From an uncultured Verrucomicrobiae bacterium (lineage in GTDB: Bacteria; Verrucomicrobiota; Verrucomicrobiia; Chthoniobacterales; UBA10450): DNA of 64,000 nt. Each line of letters opens with the position of its first letter. Within the stretch, counting starts at the first letter, position 1. The notes under the pieces were generated by a model. That model worked only from the letters and a program-made list of their open reading frames with translations. It did not search any database and was not told the DNA's origin. The stretch lies in the NCBI GenBank assembly GCA_963735805.1, contig CAVTMK010000002.1:608001-672000 (forward strand). Reading direction: 5' to 3'. The position numbers and the translations under genes are program-made. Of this stretch, positions 19,523 through 28,413 are shown in pieces.

Positions 19523-20122
19523 ATGAGATATAACACTTTTATTCTTTTTGGCGCGCCGGGCAGCGGCAAAGGCACTCAGGGCAAAACACTCGGGACGATC
19601 CCGCGTTATTATCACTGTGCCTGCGGCGATGTCTTCCGTTCGATCGACACACGCACCAAGGTCGGCAAGGCGTTCCTTGAATACTCGAGCAAAGGCCAGT
19701 TAGTCCCGGACGATATTACTGTGGAGCTTTGGCGGGAGGCCATCGACGCGGCCGTGGAAGCGCACAAATTTAAACCGGATATCGATACCCTGGTGTTGGA
19801 CGGTATTCCGAGAAACGTTGGGCAGGCCAGGATTATGGGGGAAATGATCGACGTGAAAAAAGTGTTTCATCTTGCGTGTCCAAGTCGCGAGACGCTTTTT
19901 TACCGGCTCAAAAAGCGTGCGCTGAAGGACAACCGGCTGGATGATGCAAATGAGCAAGTCATTCAACGACGTCTCGATGTTTACGAGAAGGAATCGAAGC
20001 CGGTGCTCTCATATTATACACAGGAGCTGGTGACCGTGGTTGACGCAACGCAGCCGCCCGCGAAGGTTCTGCTCGATATTCTAAAGAGCGTGAACGGCGT
20101 GTATGAGCCAGCAGCAGTTTGA
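19523..20122 (+). CDS. adk: Adenylate kinase family (short-LID type)
   Basis: GAPGSGKGTQ P-loop, GQLVPD, LDGIPRN, RLDD. Confidence 0.88.
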   Translation: MRYNTFILFGAPGSGKGTQGKTLGTIPRYYHCACGDVFRSIDTRTKVGKAFLEYSSKGQLVPDDITVELWREAIDAAVEAHKFKPDIDTLVLDGIPRNVGQARIMGEMIDVKKVFHLACPSRETLFYRLKKRALKDNRLDDANEQVIQRRLDVYEKESKPVLSYYTQELVTVVDATQPPAKVLLDILKSVNGVYEPAAV

Positions 20123-20351
20123 AAATTTCACGGCTTCCAGCCTCTATTGTGAAAAATGCAAAGCCGCTATGCCCGTGCGGGAGCGGTTGCTTTTAGTCCT
20201 GCCCGACAAAGAGATTTTCGATTATCTTTGCACTGGCTGCGGATCGTCCGTGGGCCGGCGTGAGATTACGGCTGGCGAAAAACTAATGGCGCAAGCGGTG
20301 GCGGGACGACGTGGGCGTCGCTCCACGGTAGTACGTCAACTCACGCCGTAG
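20103..20351 (+). CDS. Small putative zinc-ribbon protein
   Basis: CEKC...CTGC pairs; overlaps adk end and abuts fmt. Confidence 0.7.
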   Translation: MSQQQFENFTASSLYCEKCKAAMPVRERLLLVLPDKEIFDYLCTGCGSSVGRREITAGEKLMAQAVAGRRGRRSTVVRQLTP

Positions 20352-20356
20352 TCGGC

Positions 20357-21265
20357 ATGCGCATTGTTTTCATCGGCACGGGCGATATCGGCGTGCCGAC
20401 GCTGCAAGCTTTACTGAAATCGGAGCACGATGTTGTTGGCGTCGTGACCCAACCTGATAAACCAGTCGGGCGCGCCCAATTAATCGAGGCGCCGCCGATT
20501 AAAAAAGCGGTTTCCACAACGAAGATACCGGTCTTGCAGCCGCCTCGGATCAAAGAGCGACAAGCGATCGAGGAAATTCGTGCGCGAACACCAGAAGCGA
20601 TCGTTGTCATGGCTTATGGGCAAATTTTGCCGCGCGACGTTCTCGAAGTTCCAAAGGTTGCCTGCTTGAATCTGCACGCGTCACTTTTGCCGCGTTGGCG
20701 CGGCGCCGCACCTGTTCAGGCAGCGATCGCCGCGGGCGACCGCGAGACCGGCATCACCGTGATGTACATGGATGAAGGACTCGATACAGGCGACATCCTA
20801 TTGCAGCGCGCAATTGACATTTCGCCTGCCGACACGGGTGGATCGTTGCACGATCGACTGGCAAGTGTTGCTCCTGAAGCGCTACTCGACGCCTTGGACT
20901 TGCTCGCGGAGGGAAAAGCGCCACGCACTCCGCAGGACAAGGCGTCTGCGACTTACGCTCAGAAACTGAAACGCGAAGACGGCAAGATCGATTGGTCGGG
21001 TCCAGCTGACGAGATCGAGAGAAAAATTCGAGCGTTCAATCCGTGGCCAGGCGCGTTTATGGAATTCGACGGGCGCAATCTGAAAATCTTTTCCGCCGGG
21101 ATCGTCGCTCATCGCGGAACGCCCGGAAAAGTAACGCGCAGCGAAAACGAACTCGTAGTTGCAGCTGGTGAAGGCGCGTTATCGCTCGGCGAAGTGCAAC
21201 TGGAGGGAAAGCGGCGCATGACTGCCACAGAATTTTTGCATGGACACCGCAAGCAGTCATCCTGA
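20357..21265 (+). CDS. fmt: Methionyl-tRNA formyltransferase
   Basis: VTQPDKP.GR, AYGQIL, NLHASLLPRWRGAAP, GLDTGD, RAFNPWP. Confidence 0.97.
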   Translation: MRIVFIGTGDIGVPTLQALLKSEHDVVGVVTQPDKPVGRAQLIEAPPIKKAVSTTKIPVLQPPRIKERQAIEEIRARTPEAIVVMAYGQILPRDVLEVPKVACLNLHASLLPRWRGAAPVQAAIAAGDRETGITVMYMDEGLDTGDILLQRAIDISPADTGGSLHDRLASVAPEALLDALDLLAEGKAPRTPQDKASATYAQKLKREDGKIDWSGPADEIERKIRAFNPWPGAFMEFDGRNLKIFSAGIVAHRGTPGKVTRSENELVVAAGEGALSLGEVQLEGKRRMTATEFLHGHRKQSS

Positions 21266-21375
21266 ACGAAGGAGAGAACATCACAAAAGGCGCTACCCTT
21301 GCACGATTGTATCTTCCTTCTGTGATGAGTTAGCCTCTGTGAGACTTCACGCCGTCTTCCACGGCTCAGGATGAC
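21256..21375. repeat. REP-like palindromic element overlapping the fmt stop codon
   Basis: GTCATCCTGAACG ... GGCTCAGGATGAC inverted termini; the TGA of fmt lies inside the left arm. Confidence 0.75.
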
Positions 21376-21431
21376 AGTCGTGTTTATGCTTTCCAAGATT
21401 GATATCTTCTGTTGATCATTGTGATTCACTG

Positions 21432-22172
21432 ATGCAAACCGAGCAACCGGCGTACAAACGCATCGTTCTTAAGCTAAGCGGCGAGGCAGTGCAGGAACGC
21501 GGCGGGCGCGACAACATTTCGCCAATAGTCGTGCGTGACATTGCTGAACGGATTAAAGAAGTTCGCGATCTGGGAGTCCAGGTCTCCGTCGTCATTGGAG
21601 GCGGAAACATTTGGCGCGGTATATCGGCGTCGCATCGAGGCATGGACCGCACAACAGCGGATTACATGGGCATGCTCGCAACTGTAATTAACGCACTGGC
21701 GTTACGGAGCACACTTGATCAGATGGGTATCGAGACACGTGTCCAGTCGGCGATCGACATGAGAAATGTGGCCGAACCATTCATCCTGGGACGCGCTATT
21801 CGCCATCTCGAACTAGGTCGCATCGTTATATTCGCTGCTGGCACAGGCAACCCCTACTTCTCTACCGACACAACGGCGGCACTGCGCGCTAGCGAGATTC
21901 GTGCCGAGGTGATCCTGAAAGCGACCAAGGTTGACGGTGTATATGATCGCGACCCAAATAAATATCCGGACGCACGACGCTTCGATCAGCTCACTTTTTC
22001 TGAAGCGCTCGCGAAACGGCTGCAAATTATGGATTCGACTGCGTTCAGTCTGTGTATGGACAATAAAATACCAATCGTTGTGTTTGACATGAATAACCCC
22101 ACCAACATTCGCGACGCCGTGCTTGGACGAAAAGTCGGAACGCTGGTTTGCGATGAACTTCCATCGAAGTAA
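21432..22172 (+). CDS. pyrH: UMP kinase
   Basis: [36 protein letters not shown]. Confidence 0.97.
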   Translation: MQTEQPAYKRIVLKLSGEAVQERGGRDNISPIVVRDIAERIKEVRDLGVQVSVVIGGGNIWRGISASHRGMDRTTADYMGMLATVINALALRSTLDQMGIETRVQSAIDMRNVAEPFILGRAIRHLELGRIVIFAAGTGNPYFSTDTTAALRASEIRAEVILKATKVDGVYDRDPNKYPDARRFDQLTFSEALAKRLQIMDSTAFSLCMDNKIPIVVFDMNNPTNIRDAVLGRKVGTLVCDELPSK

Positions 22173-22184
22173 CACTTCAACGAT

Positions 22185-22745
22185 ATGAGTAGAGACGACA
22201 TTCTTCTGGAGGCCGAGTTGTCGATGGACAAGAGCGTCGATTACATGGTGCATGAATTTGCCGCGGTGCGCACCGGCAAGGCTTCCCCTGGCCTAGTCGA
22301 AAACGTCGATGTGCATGCTTACGGATCGGCCATGAAGCTTAAGCAGCTTGCCTTAATCACGACTCCTGAACCCCGTTTGCTCGTTGTTCAGCCTTTCGAC
22401 GCTGGCACGGTGCAGGACATCGAAAGGGCGCTCAAGGAATCGAAGATCGGCATCACGCCGGCGGTTGACGGGAAAATCATTCGACTGCCGATCCCGGAAC
22501 TATCAGAGGAACGGCGCAAAGAACTGGTCCGCTCCCTGAGCAAAATGGCCGAGGAAGCGCGCGTACGCGTACGCGCCAACCGTCGCACTGCACTGGATGA
22601 AGCGAAAAAACTGAAGGCCGCAGGCGGCCTGACCGAGGACGGCTTTCGCGATGTTGAAGAAGAAGTGCAAAAACTGACCGATCGTTTCGTGAAATCAGTT
22701 GACGATCATCTCAAGAACAAGGAAGCGGAGATCTTGAAGGTCTAG
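22185..22745 (+). CDS. frr: Ribosome recycling factor
   Basis: RTGKASP, QPFD, PELSEERRKEL, EEARV.VR. Confidence 0.97.
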   Translation: MSRDDILLEAELSMDKSVDYMVHEFAAVRTGKASPGLVENVDVHAYGSAMKLKQLALITTPEPRLLVVQPFDAGTVQDIERALKESKIGITPAVDGKIIRLPIPELSEERRKELVRSLSKMAEEARVRVRANRRTALDEAKKLKAAGGLTEDGFRDVEEEVQKLTDRFVKSVDDHLKNKEAEILKV

Positions 22746-22923
22746 TCGGTCTCGATTCTCAGCCGGAGTTCCGACTATCTGTTAGAAAAATTTGATACCG
22801 ACTGCAGCGTTTTCCTCTCGCCTAGTGAGCCAGTGGTGATAGCGCGATGCCACTTCAGCGAACGAACCAGGAATTCGACTGTTGGTTCAAGCACATCGAG
22901 GACGAGTAACGGCTGTTTTCCAA

Positions 22924-23295
22924 TTAGACAGCGAAACTTTCCCCGCAGGAACAGTGCGCGACCGCGTTTGGATTGGTCACTTTAAAGCCGCCTTTTTGCA
23001 GATCTTCGCTATAATCGAGCACCGAGCCACTGACGAAAAGCGCGCTCTTTGGATCGACAACGAGGCGAACGTTTGAGATCGGCACGAGGATATCCCGTTC
23101 TTTCGGGGCATCCACCAGATCCATCACGTACTGCAGCCCGGAGCATCCGCCCCCGACCACGGCAAGACGCAAAGCGCCGTCGGGCTTGCCTTTTTCCTGA
23201 AGTAGCGACTCCAATTTGCGAGCTGCGCTCTCGGTAATTCGGATCAGGCGTTCGTTCCCAATCTTGTAGTTAGGAGTCGGTGTCTCTGTACTCAT
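22924..23295 (-). CDS. A-type Fe-S carrier (IscA/ErpA/HesB family)
   Basis: GGGCSGLQY, NPNA..CSCGESF. Confidence 0.94.
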   Translation of the reverse strand: MSTETPTPNYKIGNERLIRITESAARKLESLLQEKGKPDGALRLAVVGGGCSGLQYVMDLVDAPKERDILVPISNVRLVVDPKSALFVSGSVLDYSEDLQKGGFKVTNPNAVAHCSCGESFAV

Positions 23296-23310
23296 TCAAT
23301 GGGATTGGCG

Positions 23311-23832
23311 TTAGTCGTGTGATTTTTGCGTCGTTGTACGAAGCAATTTGGCCACTTCGTTTTGGACTGTTTCCAGTTCGTCCAACCGCAATTGTGGATC
23401 AGGAACGACGAAGACATCACCGGTTGAAGGTTGCTCATAAATCAAAACGCGTTTCTCGTTATCGCTGGACTCAGTCTTCACTTGTTTCAAGACGCGTTTG
23501 CGTTCGAGCATTGCGGCGAGAACATAGCAAGCATTTGCAGGCGGATTTTCGGATGCAACCAAGCGCCGAAAGAGTTGTTCCGCGTTTTCGCTTGGCAGAG
23601 GCTCGGGCGGCTTCGGAGGCACTGGCTCGTAGCGTGATTTCCAAAATGAAAACGGCTGAATGTTTTCGTTCCGATTTTGCCAGGCTTCCTCGCTCAAATC
23701 CTCGCGCCGATAGCCATCGGCGCCGTGATAGAGCAGGGTGTAGAAGTATTCCCCCGGAACAAACGGCCGATGCGTCACGGCACAGACATCGGCCCTATGT
23801 GTGATTGCCCATTCATTTGGAAGCGCGTTCAT
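23311..23832 (-). CDS. Hypothetical protein
   Basis: 173-aa ORF overlapping the lptG-like stop by 4 bp; co-oriented operon. Confidence 0.7.
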   Translation of the reverse strand: MNALPNEWAITHRADVCAVTHRPFVPGEYFYTLLYHGADGYRREDLSEEAWQNRNENIQPFSFWKSRYEPVPPKPPEPLPSENAEQLFRRLVASENPPANACYVLAAMLERKRVLKQVKTESSDNEKRVLIYEQPSTGDVFVVPDPQLRLDELETVQNEVAKLLRTTTQKSHD

Positions 23833-24968
23833 CGTGATACCATACGACGCTGGGGGAAGAGATTAAGACTCGGCGGTTCGCGGTTAGACGCGCGGAGATA
23901 AAGCAGATACAGCCCGATCGCGGCGAAGAGAAGATTCGGCGTCCATGCCGCCACCCATGGAGAAACACGGTCACCCTCGCCGAGCGCCAAAAACAGGTGC
24001 ACCAGGAAGTTCATCGAAAAGACAAGAAAAACCGCAGCGGCGACACTCGATAACACACCCCGGCGCGAATAGCCGATTCCCAGCGGAGCGGCAATGCAGA
24101 CAACAACCAAGCAGGTCCACGGCAGAGCAAGCCGATACTGCAGATGTGTGCGAAATGGCGCGAGCAACGTAACGGGAAAATCTGCGTTAAAACGCAAATA
24201 CTCTCGTAACTCTGGCAGGCTTAAAAATTCCGCGCGTTCATTTGCGCTGCCGAGCCGGAAGGGAGTCTCACTCCAGTGTTCGATCTTGAGTGAAGGATAA
24301 ATCTGCTCGTCAATGATATTTCCTGAATGATCATAGTGAACGACCTTTACGTTTTCCAAATCCCAGGTTTTGGTCTCGGCACGGTAGGAAGCGCGAGTTG
24401 CGACATAATTTGTAACGATATTGTCGTTCGCATCCTGTTGGAGTACCTGAACGTTATTGAACGTATTGCCGCGAGGAAGGAAATTCTGAATAAACCATGT
24501 GCGTAAGTCGGTGCGATTACGAAAAATTTGCCCCTGGATGTATCGACTGGGACGTGCCTGCGCTTCGGAAAGAAAGTTTTTGCGGGCCAGTTCTGCATGA
24601 GGAGCAAGCGAATAATTTAGCGCCATGCTCGCTCCCACGGTGAGCAGACCCATGGCGATCAACGGCCGCAGAACACGCGGAAGGCTTATACCCGCAGTGA
24701 GCATGGAAACAATTTCGTTGGCCCGCGACATTCGGCCCAGAGCGAAAAGGAGCGACAGCAAAAGCGAAACGGGAAGCAGAATGATCAAAACCTGCGGAAT
24801 TTGCGTTGCGTAATAACGAGCGACCAGAAGGAGACTGACGTGCTCGTCGATGAACGTCGAAATATTATCGCTCACGTCGAAAATGAGCCAGATGGAGATG
24901 AAGCCCGCGATGCAGTAAAGATATACCTGCAAGAAATTGCGAATAACGTATCGGTCGAGAAGTCTCAT
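23829..24968 (-). CDS. LptF/LptG family LPS export permease
   Basis: LLDRYV, MSRANEIVSMLTAGIS, 3+3 TM topology, AAWTPN. Confidence 0.9.
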   Translation of the reverse strand: MRLLDRYVIRNFLQVYLYCIAGFISIWLIFDVSDNISTFIDEHVSLLLVARYYATQIPQVLIILLPVSLLLSLLFALGRMSRANEIVSMLTAGISLPRVLRPLIAMGLLTVGASMALNYSLAPHAELARKNFLSEAQARPSRYIQGQIFRNRTDLRTWFIQNFLPRGNTFNNVQVLQQDANDNIVTNYVATRASYRAETKTWDLENVKVVHYDHSGNIIDEQIYPSLKIEHWSETPFRLGSANERAEFLSLPELREYLRFNADFPVTLLAPFRTHLQYRLALPWTCLVVVCIAAPLGIGYSRRGVLSSVAAAVFLVFSMNFLVHLFLALGEGDRVSPWVAAWTPNLLFAAIGLYLLYLRASNREPPSLNLFPQRRMVSR

Positions 24969-25150
24969 TGCGATTTAGTTCGTTTCGTCCCAACTAGCGT
25001 ACTCAAATCAACAACGCGTGCCACATCACAACAGAAAGGAATGTCGAACAATCAAATGACGAAAGATAGTGGGGCTGTTTTTTCATCAGTCTGGCATTGG
25101 GCTTCATTGGTCATTCGTCATTTGGTCTTCGTCATCTGTTGTTGGACGTC

Positions 25151-27133
25151 ATGATCGCACTGAAGAACAGCTTGGGCGGCGAGTTTGTCGAACGTGTCGG
25201 CGCGTTTTTCTCGGAAAACGGCCCGTTATCAAAGGCGAAGAATTTCGAATTCCGTCCACAGCAGCAGGAAATGGCGACGTCCGTAGCCTCTGCGCTGGAA
25301 GAAGAGAGACATTTGGTAATCGAAGCCGGAACCGGTGTAGGCAAATCCCTGGCTTACCTTGCGCCGGCGATTTTGACGGCAATCGAGCAGCACAAAAAGG
25401 CAATCGTCTCTACTCACACCATTAATCTTCAGGAGCAACTCCTTTACAAAGATATCCCCATTTTGAAGAAGATTCTCCCGGTCGAGTTCAATGCTGCGTT
25501 GATTAAAGGGCGTCAAAATTACCTTTGTCCACGACGACTGGAACGCGCGCTCCAGCAGGCCAACGAGCTTTTCACCGGGCCGGAGCAAAACGAACTGAAC
25601 AGGCTGACGGAGTGGGCGCGCACCACGCGCGACGGTTCGCTTAGCGATTTCTCGGTCGAGCCTGACCCGAAAGTATGGATACAGGTCTGTAGCGAGGCGC
25701 ACATTTGCACACAAAAAACGTGCGGCCAGGATCCGCGCTGTTTTTATCAGCAAGCGCGCAAACGGCTGATGGCAGCCGACGTTTTGGTGATCAATCACAC
25801 ACTGCTGTTCATTCTTTTGATCAGCCCCGAGGTGCAGCAAGAACGCGACAGCGGGTTCATTTTCCCGAATGATTTCCTCGTTTTGGATGAAGCGCATACA
25901 GTCGAACAGGTCGCCTCCCGGCAGATTGGCATCGGCGTCTCGCAGTATGGGCTGAGATCGACAATTCAGCGGCTCTACAACGCCCGAACCCGCAAGGGTC
26001 TGTTCACCGTGACACGCGATGCGGAGGGCGTAAGGCTCGCGGCGGAATTGGTCGATGACGCAGAGAAGTTTTTTGCCGCGGTTGAATCGAAATGCGACTT
26101 CAAGAAAGGCCGCGAATTTCGCGTTCGGGATGCGGAGCTCGTTTCCGACACGATCACCGGTCGCCTGACAAACTTGCAGGCGCGCATCGCCGAAGTCGTA
26201 AAACGAACGGACGACGAGTTTCTAAAAGCCGAATTACAGGAATACGGTAGACGAATTCATGACGCCCGCGCTGGTATCGGAGCGTTTCTTGAGCAAAACC
26301 GCCGCGAACATGTTTATTGGGTGGAGCGCACAGGGAAGACAGCGCAATTTCTTACGCTCAAAGCCGCTCCGATCGATATGGCGCCGGAACTACGTCGGAT
26401 GATTTTTCGCGATAATTGTTCGTGCATCATGACCAGCGCGACACTCTCGGTAGGTCGCACGGATCTAGCTTATTTTCGCCAACGCGTCGGTGCAGACGGA
26501 GCGGAAGCTGTGCTGCTCGGCGGTCCGTTTAATTTTCAGAAGCAGATGAGAATGTTCATCGTGAGGAAAATGCCCGATCCGCGCGAGGCTAAATACGAAG
26601 AAGCGCTGGAACATTGGATCGCGCATTTTCTCGAGAAGACCGACGGCCGTGCGTTCGTTCTTTTCACAAGTTATCGAGGCATGCAACAGCTGGCCGAGCG
26701 AATGGCCCAGTTCTTTTCGCAAAAGAAATTCAATCTGCTGTTGCAGGGGGGCGGCTCGCCGCGCGGAAAACTTCTTGACCAATTTAAGACCACGCCACGC
26801 AGCGTTCTTTTCGGGACCGATAGTTTTTGGATGGGCGTCGATGTCCCGGGCGAGGCGCTCTCGAATGTGATTATTACGCGTCTGCCTTTTGCGGTGCCCG
26901 ATCATCCACTGGTGGAAGCGAAACTGGAACTAATCGAGGAGCGCGGTGGCGATCCGTTCACTGAATATTCGCTGCCGGAAGCGATCCTGAAACTCCGGCA
27001 AGGGGTAGGGCGCTTGATCCGAACAAAGAACGACCGCGGCATTATTGTTATCCTGGACAATCGTATCGTGACCAGACCCTACGGCCGCGCCTTCCTCCAA
27101 GCGCTACCGAAATGCCCGGTGGAAATAATTTGA
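25151..27133 (+). CDS. DinG/YoaA family ATP-dependent DNA helicase (Fe-S)
   Basis: EAGTGVGKSLAY, KGRQNYLC, Cys cluster, DEAH, TSATL, LFTSY, GVDVPG, QGVGRLIR. Confidence 0.94.
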   Translation: MIALKNSLGGEFVERVGAFFSENGPLSKAKNFEFRPQQQEMATSVASALEEERHLVIEAGTGVGKSLAYLAPAILTAIEQHKKAIVSTHTINLQEQLLYKDIPILKKILPVEFNAALIKGRQNYLCPRRLERALQQANELFTGPEQNELNRLTEWARTTRDGSLSDFSVEPDPKVWIQVCSEAHICTQKTCGQDPRCFYQQARKRLMAADVLVINHTLLFILLISPEVQQERDSGFIFPNDFLVLDEAHTVEQVASRQIGIGVSQYGLRSTIQRLYNARTRKGLFTVTRDAEGVRLAAELVDDAEKFFAAVESKCDFKKGREFRVRDAELVSDTITGRLTNLQARIAEVVKRTDDEFLKAELQEYGRRIHDARAGIGAFLEQNRREHVYWVERTGKTAQFLTLKAAPIDMAPELRRMIFRDNCSCIMTSATLSVGRTDLAYFRQRVGADGAEAVLLGGPFNFQKQMRMFIVRKMPDPREAKYEEALEHWIAHFLEKTDGRAFVLFTSYRGMQQLAERMAQFFSQKKFNLLLQGGGSPRGKLLDQFKTTPRSVLFGTDSFWMGVDVPGEALSNVIITRLPFAVPDHPLVEAKLELIEERGGDPFTEYSLPEAILKLRQGVGRLIRTKNDRGIIVILDNRIVTRPYGRAFLQALPKCPVEII

Positions 27134-27153
27134 GCCTGCCTCATTTAGAAGGC

Positions 27154-27253
27154 TGTCATTCCGAGCGAAGCCAAAGGCGAAGTCGAGGAATCTCTCGATG
27201 TCTGGGATTGAATGCGAGAAATCAGAGATGCCTCGACTTCGCTCGACATGACA
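27154..27253. repeat. REP-like palindromic element
   Basis: TGTCATTCCGAGCGAAG..GAAGTCGAGGAATCTCT ... AGAGATGCCTCGACTTCGCTCGACATGACA. Confidence 0.8.
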
Positions 27254-27265
27254 ATGGTGGAGAAA

Positions 27266-27279
27266 TGTTCACTTGAACA
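27266..27279. promoter_or_regulatory. LexA box upstream of imuB C-half/dnaE2
   Basis: Perfect TGTTCACTTGAACA, 28 bp before ATG 27308; TTGAAC-N17-TAATTT could be -35/-10. Confidence 0.88.
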
Positions 27280-27307
27280 TATTTCTCGGGCGGCTTAATT
27301 TGAGCGC

Positions 27308-28342
27308 ATGAAGCGCTCTGATTCGTCAAACTCCTTTGCAGCAAAAGATCGACAGAGCGAGATCCACCACATTCTGGCAATCCTGCACAAGTGGGGGATT
27401 CATACCCTGGGACAGCTGGCACTGTTGGGGAAGCAACAGCTCGGCGCGCGACTTGGCCCTGAAGCAGTCCGAATGTGGGAACGGGCGCATGGGCAATCGA
27501 ATCGTGTTCTTAAATTAATCCGGCCGCCGGAGTCGTTTGAGGAAGGCTTCGAATTTGAAAACGAAGTTGAAACTGTCGAGCCGCTTCTTTTTATCCTCCG
27601 TCGGTTTTTGGAGCAACTGGCCGTCCAGTTGAGCGGAATTTATCTCGTGGCAAAAGAATTGACTCTGCGAATTACGTTCGCGGATAAACAAATTTACCAG
27701 CGCATTTTCAAAATTCCGCAGCCGACCAACAATGTCGATCTTCTCTTCCGGATGCTGCATACGCATCTGGAGAATTTTAAATCGGAATATCCAATCGTTG
27801 CGGTCGCGCTGAGCGCGCGGCCGAGCAAGCCTGCGAGGGAACAATTCGGATTGTTTGAAACGACATTACGCAATCCGCATCAATTATCAGAAACGCTCGC
27901 ACGTTTGACCGCTTTTCTGGGTGCTGATCGAGTTGGCACTCCCGTCTTGGAAGAAACACATCGGCCTGACGCATTCCGGATGGAAACGTTTTCGTGGAAT
28001 TGGACTTCCACGGGGGGCAGGGAAGGGCGTCGCTCTGTGACGCCGGGCGTGCATCCGAAAACTCGAGAGAACCCCCTCCTTACATTACGCCTGGCGCTAC
28101 GCCGATTTCGCCCCGCTGTATCGACATCAGTCTTATGGGATGACGATGGACCCGCGCGCGTTCGCGGCGCAGATGTCCGCAGTAACATCATCGATCGGCG
28201 CGGTCCATTTTTGATTTCCGGAAACTGGTGGGACGAAAAATCGTGGGCGCACGCCGAATGGGATTTGCAACTGGAGGGTGGAGAACTGCTTCGGTGTCAC
28301 GAATCGGAGGCAACTTGGAGAATTGATGGGATTTATGATTGA
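27308..28342 (+). CDS. imuB: ImuB C-terminal half (thumb, little finger, clamp motif, C-terminal domain)
   Basis: LHKWGIHTLGQL (thumb HhH), EPLLFILRRFLEQL, QFGLF clamp-binding-like motif, LARL..LGADRVG, HRPD, GPFLISGNWWD; directly upstream of dnaE2. Confidence 0.82.
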   Translation: MKRSDSSNSFAAKDRQSEIHHILAILHKWGIHTLGQLALLGKQQLGARLGPEAVRMWERAHGQSNRVLKLIRPPESFEEGFEFENEVETVEPLLFILRRFLEQLAVQLSGIYLVAKELTLRITFADKQIYQRIFKIPQPTNNVDLLFRMLHTHLENFKSEYPIVAVALSARPSKPAREQFGLFETTLRNPHQLSETLARLTAFLGADRVGTPVLEETHRPDAFRMETFSWNWTSTGGREGRRSVTPGVHPKTRENPLLTLRLALRRFRPAVSTSVLWDDDGPARVRGADVRSNIIDRRGPFLISGNWWDEKSWAHAEWDLQLEGGELLRCHESEATWRIDGIYD

Positions 28343-28413
28343 GCAGGCCGTAATTCGAGATTCGAGAATCGTGAATTGCGGCCGAGGTAACGATTTAACA
28401 AATCACAACGGCA

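Noticed and set aside
25151..27133. DinG as a type IV CRISPR or defence component
   Set aside because: No cas genes or array nearby; it looks like the ordinary Fe-S YoaA/DinG helicase, and no LexA box was noticed upstream.
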